From the IMG/VR virus record IMGVR_UViG_3300018080_000053, positions 1 through 42,509 of that record: a DNA stretch of 42,509 bases. One strand, 5' to 3'. The notes beneath the pieces were generated by a model. That model was given only the letters and a program-made list of their open reading frames with translations, ran no database searches and was not told the origin of the DNA. Numbering within the stretch: the stretch's first letter is position 1; the number at the start of each line of letters is the position of its first letter. Shown here piece after piece: positions 18,087-23,790 of this stretch. Both the position numbers and the translations under genes were made by a program. The DNA is from a virus.

Positions 18087-19648
18087 CTTTTCCTCATTAG
18101 CTCTTTGTATCCTACAAAACTATCAGTGATTAACATCTCATGTATTGCGTCAAGAGTCGGGTCAATCTGATCATCGTGCTTGTGAGTCATGAGGGGAGTG
18201 AATTTCTCAAACTCATATAAATACTCATCTAACCAATAGGCTTGACGCGGCAAGACAACTTGACCTTGAGCAATTCGAGGCGATCCCGATTTGGCCCGGG
18301 AGACCTTGTCCTTATCCCGGGGAATTCCCTCAACGTATCCGTTGCCCCTCTGAGCGTTGATTGCTTGGATCAATCCAGTTCCCGAGCTCTTGTCCTCAAC
18401 TCGTCTTGACCGGGCTCCCATATGGTTTCTCTTGTGTTCAAATTCATGACGATCACAAAACTGCAGGAATTTCCTCTCAAGATCAGGGGCCTCCCATTTT
18501 CCCCGGACCTGATCAATGAGATAGATCCTTTGGTCTTGACCCATTGCCCAACACTGGAAAACGGAAAAGTCATTAACCTCTTTTGCTTTCATCGCGGTAT
18601 CCGCGTAAATCGCTTTATAAAGCACCGGGACCCGCTCACCGTCCTCAAGGACTATCACGTTTTCAACGGGCCAATACTCAGCGAAATAGTTGAACCATGA
18701 TCGCTTGAATATCGATCCCCCCTCGGGGGCTGGCCTTTGAAGATACTGAGAGGAATAAGTATATATATCTTTTTTGAGGACCTTTATGTCATCCTCATCA
18801 ATCTTGTATTTCCACAAAGGCCCGGATCGATACCGATACTTGACAGGGATTCCCGCGGTCCATTCCGCGGGATAATCGTCCCGATCACCGTCCTCAATCT
18901 CAACGGGCATTTCTAAATGATACCATTGATCCCCGGTCCCCCCGCTGAGACAAAATCCCGCGGGATCATTATCATGCAACCGTTGCATGATGAGGACGAT
19001 CGGAGTTTCTCTCTCAAGCGCAAGTCTGCTCTTTATCGTATTTGTGATCTTGCGGTTTGTCCGGTTGAGAATTGCGTCAGAAAAAACGTCCTCAGGTTTT
19101 ATCGGATCATCGATCACGATCCCCCCGCTGAAACCTGACTCCATTTGTCCCGCTCGAAACCCGGTCAACGTCCCTCCTGAGGGAGCAACTCTCATCCCTC
19201 CCCCAAACTCATTGAACCATAAATTGTTAGCCTTTCGATCTTGCCGAATTTCCATAGGCCATAATTGCTGGAATTCAGGAGAGGTCACAACCCGCTTGAT
19301 CTCACTTGAGTTGTTGAGAATCAGATCGTCTGAGCAACTTGTATGAATCCACTTTGACCGGGGGTTGATAGCAAAACCCCAGGCAATGAAAGCGATAACA
19401 GCAAGCTCAGTCTTTGTGAAACCGGGAGGGATATTGATGATCAATCGCTTGACCTCTCCCGCTGCAACTTTCATGAGTGTACGAGCAATGATCTTATGAT
19501 GCTTTGAAAGAATCGCTTTTTGTCCGGTCCTCACCTTGAAGAAATAGCGCCAAAACAAATAAAAATCTTGCTCAAGGCAATGCTTCAAAAGCCTCAATTC
19601 ATTTGGGGTCCAATCATGAATAAGCTCTTGAGTGCTAGAATTCTGCAA
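18083..19648 (-). CDS. terL: Terminase large subunit
   Basis: It has a Walker-A-like PPGFTKTE, a Walker B GGIVIDDPIKPED, and nuclease-domain motifs YADTAMKAKEVNDFSVFQCW and HDDQIDPTLDAIHEM. The tracked ORF start (19828) lies inside terS in a junk-like frame. I favour TTG 19648, preceded by GAGGAGA with 6-nt spacing. Confidence 0.85.
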   Translation of the reverse strand: MQNSSTQELIHDWTPNELRLLKHCLEQDFYLFWRYFFKVRTGQKAILSKHHKIIARTLMKVAAGEVKRLIINIPPGFTKTELAVIAFIAWGFAINPRSKWIHTSCSDDLILNNSSEIKRVVTSPEFQQLWPMEIRQDRKANNLWFNEFGGGMRVAPSGGTLTGFRAGQMESGFSGGIVIDDPIKPEDVFSDAILNRTNRKITNTIKSRLALERETPIVLIMQRLHDNDPAGFCLSGGTGDQWYHLEMPVEIEDGDRDDYPAEWTAGIPVKYRYRSGPLWKYKIDEDDIKVLKKDIYTYSSQYLQRPAPEGGSIFKRSWFNYFAEYWPVENVIVLEDGERVPVLYKAIYADTAMKAKEVNDFSVFQCWAMGQDQRIYLIDQVRGKWEAPDLERKFLQFCDRHEFEHKRNHMGARSRRVEDKSSGTGLIQAINAQRGNGYVEGIPRDKDKVSRAKSGSPRIAQGQVVLPRQAYWLDEYLYEFEKFTPLMTHKHDDQIDPTLDAIHEMLITDSFVGYKELMRKR

Positions 19649-20075
19649 GGAATGTCTCCTCAAAGCGCTCAATTTCCTCAACGGTGAGAGGCTCAGTGAC
19701 CGCGACACTCGCTGACAAGTGACCGGAAATCTCAACCGCTTTCCTTTTGGCGTAAAGGAAATCCATGAGCTTTGTTGCCGCTTGAAAAGAGACCTCAGCG
19801 GGGACAAAATCCCGCTTGAAACGATCATCAGAGGTTACGATCTCAACTATCTCAGCCCAATCCTCAGCGCTGGGCTCATCCTCATTGCGATTGCGCTTGA
19901 CTAGCTGGTAAAGGCGGGAAGTTTGCCCGGGCCTGGGATCTTGCCCGGACATGAGCTCAGCAAGAAACCTCCCAGGATCGGGGGCTCCTGATTCATCGCA
20001 AAACTTGCCCAATTCTTGAGCAAGATCCCATGATCGTTGACCTTTTGTCCTTTTTATACGCTTTCCCATAATCAA
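19635..20075 (-). CDS. Terminase small subunit (assignment by position)
   Basis: 146-aa ORF, the first gene of the late block, overlapping the terL start. It has a basic N-terminus (GKRIKRTKGQRSWD). The start is either TTG 20075 or ATG 20069. Confidence 0.55.
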   Translation of the reverse strand: MIMGKRIKRTKGQRSWDLAQELGKFCDESGAPDPGRFLAELMSGQDPRPGQTSRLYQLVKRNRNEDEPSAEDWAEIVEIVTSDDRFKRDFVPAEVSFQAATKLMDFLYAKRKAVEISGHLSASVAVTEPLTVEEIERFEETFLAEF

Positions 20076-20088
20076 GACCGTCTATACC

Positions 20089-20118
20089 ATTATTTAATGA
20101 GGACGTAGATCGAGTCAA
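20089..20118 (-). promoter_or_regulatory. Candidate late-operon promoter TTGACT-18-AATAAT
   Basis: On the minus strand: ttgact (20118..20113), an 18-nt spacer, then aataat (20094..20089). This would give a near-leaderless terS mRNA, and no SD is visible. Confidence 0.3.
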
Positions 20119-20154
20119 TAGGGAATATCTGAGGGGGTGAAATGGAAAAAACCG

Positions 20155-20192
20155 AAAAAAAACCCCGGGCAACTTACGAGGTCACCCGGGGG
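20155..20192 (-). terminator. Intrinsic terminator T2 (7-bp all-GC stem followed by T8)
   Basis: The minus strand reads CCCCCGGG-tgacctcgtaagttg-CCCGGGG-TTTTTTTT. Confidence 0.75.
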
Positions 20193-20311
20193 AAAACAAG
20201 GCAGTCACCGTGCACGGCAACTCCCGTTTTATTTCCACGGACACCCGGGGGCACCTGCTAAGTTTCCCCGGGGGTTGCGGATCGGATAGCAGGTGCTCTC
20301 ACCAATCCGCT
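20155..20311 (-). ncRNA. Candidate structured RNA 2 (about 157 nt), from promoter P2 to terminator T2
   Basis: Bounded by TTGACA-17-TATCGT and T2. It is GC-rich, has interleaved complementary blocks (see findings) and no credible ORF. Confidence 0.5.
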
Positions 20312-20318
20312 AAGGCCA

Positions 20319-20347
20319 ACGATACACGGACCCCCGGTCCCTGTCAA
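20319..20347 (-). promoter_or_regulatory. Promoter P2: TTGACA-17-TATCGT
   Basis: On the minus strand: ttgaca (20347..20342), a 17-nt spacer gggaccgggggtccgtg, then tatcgt (20324..20319). Confidence 0.6.
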
Positions 20348-20363
20348 CCGAAAAAAGCGAAAA
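20331..20363. repeat. 33-nt perfect direct repeat, copy 1 (carries the P2 -35 box)
   Basis: cccccggtccctgtcaaccgaaaaaagcgaaaa is identical to 20562..20594. The period is 231 bp. Confidence 0.9.
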
Positions 20364-20397
20364 AAAACCCCGGGGCTTTGCGCGATGCTCCCGGGGG
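20360..20397 (-). terminator. Intrinsic terminator T1 (7-bp all-GC stem followed by T8)
   Basis: The minus strand reads CCCCCGGG-agcatcgcgcaaag-CCCCGGGG-TTTTTTTT. Confidence 0.75.
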
Positions 20398-20542
20398 AAA
20401 ACGTATGAGACCCGCGATAAGCACTTACCGGCCCGATAAGGTAAAACGGTCTCGTTTTATTCATTGCGGGAATTACTCCGCTCAACTCATGGGAAACCTC
20501 CCGCGTTTCATATCCCGTCATTTTGCCCGGGTAGCATGAATC
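20360..20542 (-). ncRNA. Candidate structured RNA 1 (about 183 nt), from promoter P1 to terminator T1
   Basis: Bounded by TTGACA-17-TATCAT and T1. The only ORF through it (20258..20578) also runs through a terminator and the next promoter. Confidence 0.5.
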
Positions 20543-20549
20543 AAAAAGA

Positions 20550-20578
20550 ATGATAGGAGATCCCCCGGTCCCTGTCAA
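20550..20578 (-). promoter_or_regulatory. Promoter P1: TTGACA-17-TATCAT
   Basis: On the minus strand: ttgaca (20578..20573), a 17-nt spacer gggaccgggggatctcc, then tatcat (20555..20550). Confidence 0.65.
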
Positions 20579-20594
20579 CCGAAAAAAGCGAAAA
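20562..20594. repeat. 33-nt perfect direct repeat, copy 2 (carries the P1 -35 box)
   Basis: Identical to 20331..20363. Confidence 0.9.
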
Positions 20595-20639
20595 TCGCTC
20601 CCGTCCGGGCTCCCCCACTGACCCGCGGATCCGCGTTGC

Positions 20640-21320
20640 CTTATGCCCCCGCAGTCCCTCGAAAAAATAACCTGATTTTATCTAAATATTCAATCGCTCA
20701 CCCGATATTGACGACATGTGACCCTTTATCCCCAAATGTGCGATAAATGAATATTTATATTTTAGGCCTCGATACCGTTATAATAATTATTCTTTTTTTC
20801 TGCATAAGTCCGACAAAAAATCCGATTCATTTTATTTAAAATATACCTATTTTATTTATGCATTCATCGCACAATTGGCCACATAGGGTCACATGTGGGC
20901 AATATCGCTCACCCGATACGAAAACTTGACGCAATTCCCAAAAAATCAATTATTTTTATTTTGGCCTTTTCCTATACGTCTGACGATACCTAAGGCAAAT
21001 TGACCCCCACAAATAACACTAAATGATCCCTATTTATTTCCACTTCTCTTGAGACCGATCGGCCTATATAGATTTCCCATGAGCTATTTTGACCGTAAAA
21101 AACATGAATATTTAATTATCCTGATTTTCTCAAATCATAAAAAACAATATTAGTCCAACAGCGCGTTGAGGAAAAGTAGTCATAAATAAATATACATTTT
21201 TATTTTATTTATGCATAAAAATTTTCTCCAAAATAGTTCACCGCAGATCTATATAGGCAACTCGATCCCGAAAACCCCCGGAAAAAATGATCCGAATTTC
21301 CCAGGCCCAAAGGCAAAAAG
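20640..21320. other. AT-rich core with no ORF of 60 aa or more, inside the divergent control region
   Basis: The composition visibly drops to roughly 30 percent GC (by eye) against GC-rich flanks. No ORF of 60 aa or more lies entirely within it; the only tracked ORFs touching it (21211..21402+, 21238..21543-) overlap just its right edge and look spurious. It holds several internal repeats. Confidence 0.7.
20693..20918. mobile_element. MITE-like element: 196-bp body (20708..20903) with 42-46-bp imperfect terminal inverted repeats, flanked by a perfect 15-bp direct repeat
   Basis: The direct repeat atcgctcacccgata occurs at 20693..20707 and 20904..20918. The left arm is attgacgacatgtgaccctttatccccaaatgtgcgat..gaat. 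The reverse complement of the right arm (20862..20903) is attgcccacatgtgaccctatgtggccaattgtgcgatgaat. About 35 of 42 aligned positions match. No ORF inside. Confidence 0.35.
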
Positions 21321-21444
21321 GCCCGGTCCCAGCTCCCCCGCCCAACGGAAAAAGGACCTCACTGACCCGCGGTCTCGATCGAGCTCCTATTGTTATCATT
21401 GAATAGGAGGCCTCTGAGGCTCCCGCGGGGGTCTCACAAGATAC

Positions 21445-21473
21445 TTGACAGCCTCTCCCAAAGGAGTTATCTT
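21445..21473 (+). promoter_or_regulatory. Promoter TTGACA-17-TATCTT for a short plus-strand RNA
   Basis: ttgaca (21445..21450), a 17-nt spacer gcctctcccaaaggagt, then tatctt (21468..21473). Confidence 0.55.
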
Positions 21474-21479
21474 GCTCTC

Positions 21480-21550
21480 GCTTGAGATGGGGTTTCCTTC
21501 TGACCTCTGCCCGGGCTGACAACCTCCCAGTTGGCCCGGGCATTTTTTTT
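21480..21550 (+). ncRNA. Candidate sRNA of about 70 nt (two hairpins, the second being the terminator)
   Basis: It lies between the promoter at 21445 and the terminator at 21508..21550. The 5' hairpin is agatgg/ccttct. The terminator loop contains CCTCCC. The window holds only a 5-codon ATG ORF (atg ggg ttt cct tct tga at 21487). Confidence 0.45.
21508..21550 (+). terminator. Intrinsic terminator (9-bp stem tgcccgggc/gcccgggca followed by T8)
   Basis: Read directly: tgcccgggc-tgacaacctcccagttg-gcccgggca-tttttttt. Confidence 0.8.
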
Positions 21551-21560
21551 GAGAATTTTG

Positions 21561-21589
21561 TTGACTAACGCTTTTTTCGCTGATAGTCT
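21561..21589 (+). promoter_or_regulatory. Candidate early-operon promoter TTGACT-17-TAGTCT
   Basis: ttgact (21561..21566), a 17-nt spacer, then tagtct (21584..21589). It is the first promoter-like site upstream of the plus-strand block. Confidence 0.45.
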
Positions 21590-21596
21590 TGCTCAC

Positions 21597-21674
21597 TGTC
21601 ACCCGCTGTCCCCGGTCCCGTGCTAGATCCCCTCCCCCCGGACTAGCAACCGCAACCGGGTTCAGCGGGTGACA
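21597..21674 (+). promoter_or_regulatory. 78-nt interrupted hairpin in the early 5'UTR, ending 11 nt before the SD
   Basis: It stacks three stems: 12 bp tgtcacccgctg/cagcgggtgaca, 6 bp cccggt/accggg, and 6 bp tgctag/ctagca. The 16-nt loop is atcccctccccccgga. Confidence 0.6.
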
Positions 21675-21701
21675 ACTCACCGTCTGAGGGAGGAAAATCG
21701 A

Positions 21702-21962
21702 ATGTTTAGGAAAAACAAGCAAGACAAGAGACAAGAGCCTCAAGGACCCCCGGTCTTTGTGCGGATCGATCCTGACAATCCTCATTTGGCTCATTTGGCC
21801 GACAAGAGCTCACCGCGAAAAGGCCCAACCTATTGCAAGCTCAAACCTGACAACACCGTTGCCGTTCTCACCGATAGCAAGAGCCTCAACCGCGGCAACA
21901 TGTGTCAAAACTGCAACGGGGTTGTGAGAAAACGGGTGAGGAGACAAGCGCTCAAAATCTGA
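21702..21962 (+). CDS. Hypothetical early protein (86 aa)
   Basis: ATG 21702 is preceded by GAGGGAGG at 8-nt spacing. The GTG 21669 start in the track would lie inside the UTR hairpin. Confidence 0.5.
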   Translation: MFRKNKQDKRQEPQGPPVFVRIDPDNPHLAHLADKSSPRKGPTYCKLKPDNTVAVLTDSKSLNRGNMCQNCNGVVRKRVRRQALKI

Positions 21963-21980
21963 AACCTGGGAGGGTATCTC

Positions 21981-22982
21981 ATGCAAACCGGACCGATCAA
22001 AGGGAGTGTCCTTGAGAATCGATTGTTGCTCTTGCTCAGATCGATTTGTGAGCATACTCAAGCGGGAGGTTTCAACATAGGAAAGCGGGATCACGCGGTT
22101 GACATTGGGTTGATTTACGCTGAAACGCTCTCCTTTCTTGAGCAAGCGGTCAAGGAAAAAATTGAGCGGGAGGAAAACAGCCCCGATCCCGATCCCCCGC
22201 GGGATCGGTCAAAGCCTTTCCCTGAGCCCCGTTGTGAGCATTGCACTCATTATAAAGCAAAGGACAAGGTTTCAGGTCATTGCCTGAATCTCAATGATGC
22301 AATTGTCAGACCGGTACACCGTTGCTCCCATTTTTTGAGGAGGATCAAGCCGATTTGCCGAAATTGTGACTTTTACCAATCACTTGACAAGGACCGGGGA
22401 CATTGCTTGAAATCCTATAAAAAAATGGGAATGCTCCCAACTCCTGAGAAAGTTATCGCTGAGCACTCATGCAGATATTATCAACATACTGTGCCTGAGT
22501 CTGACATTCAACTTGAGACTGAGTACAAGTGCAAACATTGTGTCAGGTTCAAAAGAAACCGTTTTTTTGATCACGGGTGTCCTTTGGGATCGCGTGGATC
22601 GGATTGGGTAATCTGTCACGAATTCAAAAAAGCTGAATTTTGCAAGGATTGTGAATATTACTCAGACTATGAGTGTTTGAATTTCGACAAGCAAGTCAAC
22701 CCCGATGATTGTTTCGGATGCTTCAAACCGAAAAAATCCGATCCCCCGTCCCCTTGTCTCAATTGTGAGCATGATTTCAAGCCCCGTCCCCCAACCCCTG
22801 AGCCTCTGAGGTTGTGTCCCTTTTGCGGGTCAAGTGAGGTTGTTGTTGAGACAACTAATAGGAAAATGGAAAACCGCGGTCACCGCGTTTTTTGTGCCGC
22901 TTGCGGATCTCGCGGTCCCGAAAGAACCACAAAAGCGGGAGCTATTGCAATCTGGAATTCCCGCCCGGGGGATGACTCATGA
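21981..22982 (+). CDS. Cys-rich protein: four tandem CxxCxx[YF]...C...Cxx[FY] modules fused to a C-terminal Lar-family zinc ribbon
   Basis: 333 aa with SD GGGAGG. The C-terminus CPFCGSSEVVVE...RVFCAACGSRGPERTTKAGAIAIWNSRP matches the remembered Lar restriction-alleviation signature (CPFCG...C..CG..GP...A...WN.R). Confidence 0.7.
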   Translation: MQTGPIKGSVLENRLLLLLRSICEHTQAGGFNIGKRDHAVDIGLIYAETLSFLEQAVKEKIEREENSPDPDPPRDRSKPFPEPRCEHCTHYKAKDKVSGHCLNLNDAIVRPVHRCSHFLRRIKPICRNCDFYQSLDKDRGHCLKSYKKMGMLPTPEKVIAEHSCRYYQHTVPESDIQLETEYKCKHCVRFKRNRFFDHGCPLGSRGSDWVICHEFKKAEFCKDCEYYSDYECLNFDKQVNPDDCFGCFKPKKSDPPSPCLNCEHDFKPRPPTPEPLRLCPFCGSSEVVVETTNRKMENRGHRVFCAACGSRGPERTTKAGAIAIWNSRPGDDS

Positions 22983-23215
22983 AACCCCGTTTCATTTGCC
23001 GATTGAGGATCCACAAATACCGACTTGTTGAGGTCTCACGTTTCCCATTGCCCAGCCTGGGAGAATCAATGATCGGTGAGCTCACAACCCGCAAATGTAA
23101 CTATTGCGGCAAGGTCAAGAGTCAAAGCGGGAGACTCATCAACCGCGGGATCAACGCTGAGATCAACGTTGAGGATCTCATTGCCTATCGCAAATATGAG
23201 GAGGATAACAAATGA
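22979..23215 (+). CDS. Hypothetical protein (78 aa)
   Basis: It has an ATGA overlap with the upstream gene and contains a single CNYCG motif. Confidence 0.5.
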   Translation: MKPRFICRLRIHKYRLVEVSRFPLPSLGESMIGELTTRKCNYCGKVKSQSGRLINRGINAEINVEDLIAYRKYEEDNK

Positions 23216-23790
23216 AATGGATTATTGACCCCGGTCATAGTGGACTAGTTGACGGGTTTTACCTAACTCAAGGTAAGCGATCCCCTGAGGTCCCGCCCGG
23301 GATCTATGAGGGAGAGTTTAACCGCAATATTGCTTTCTACATTGAGCATTTGAGGGAGGGAGATACAGTGATCACTGCTCAAGGACCCCTCAACCCCACG
23401 CTGGCCTCAAGGACCGCTTTTGCGAATATGCTACACAAGAAATTCGGCAATTGCGCTCTCATTTCGATACATGCAAACGCTGCTCAAGGCAACGGTTGGA
23501 GTCCCGCTCAAGGTCTCACCGTGTTTACTCATCCTCAGCCCAGTCCACGATCGGCAACGCTGGCCTCATTGCTTGAAGATGAGCTCAACCGGGTCAATTA
23601 CACTTATTCAAGGGGAATCAGGAAAGCCCGTTTTACAATGCTCACAAAAACTCAGTGTCCCTCGGTCTTGCTTGAGTTGGGTTTCATGACCAACAAAGAG
23701 GAGGCTGAGAGATTGGCCGATCACTATACGCAACTCAAGATCGCTGAGGCAATCTCCCGGGCAATGACAAGCTATGAGGAAATGTTATGA
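23212..23790 (+). CDS. N-acetylmuramoyl-L-alanine amidase (Amidase_3 type), candidate endolysin
   Basis: 192 aa with the motifs IDPGHSG, SIHANA and LLELGFMTN. No signal sequence. Confidence 0.8.
   Translation: MKWIIDPGHSGLVDGFYLTQGKRSPEVPPGIYEGEFNRNIAFYIEHLREGDTVITAQGPLNPTLASRTAFANMLHKKFGNCALISIHANAAQGNGWSPAQGLTVFTHPQPSPRSATLASLLEDELNRVNYTYSRGIRKARFTMLTKTQCPSVLLELGFMTNKEEAERLADHYTQLKIAEAISRAMTSYEEML

Noticed and set aside
19649-19828. N-terminal 60 codons of the tracked terL ORF (start at 19828)
   Set aside because: This stretch lies inside terS in another frame and reads as Ser/Arg/Leu junk. A TTG with a good GAGGAGA SD at 19648 gives a sensible terL N-terminus.
20210-20578. ORFs 20210..20539(+) of 109 aa and 20258..20578(-) of 106 aa in the GC-rich part of the control region
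   Set aside because: Both run straight through the hairpin-plus-T8 terminators and the TTGACA promoters. They have Gly/Pro/Arg/Ser-rich junk composition and no SD. They stay open only because the region is GC-rich.
20331-20594. Possibility that the 33-nt direct repeats are a mini CRISPR array or solitary CRISPR repeats
   Set aside because: There are only two copies, 231 bp apart, which is far beyond spacer length. The repeats contain a -35 box with a matching -10 downstream, and no cas genes or leader are present. A promoter-duplication explanation fits better.
20679-21125. DnaA boxes as evidence for an origin
   Set aside because: There is only one 8/9 match (TTATCCCCA at 20726) and a few 7/9 matches, which is expected by chance in 600 bp of AT-rich DNA. 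I kept it only as a weak note inside the AT-rich-core finding.
21211-21794. ORFs 21211..21402(+), 21238..21543(-) and 21396..21794(-)
   Set aside because: They overlap one another as well as the plus-strand promoter, terminator and UTR hairpin. Their composition is Pro/Arg/Ser/Gly-rich and they have no RBS. They are most likely non-coding.
21810-22145. Minus-strand ORF of 111 aa antisense to the first two early genes
   Set aside because: It is opposite in orientation to an 18-kb co-directional block and overlaps two better-supported genes that have GGGAGG SDs. It has no RBS.
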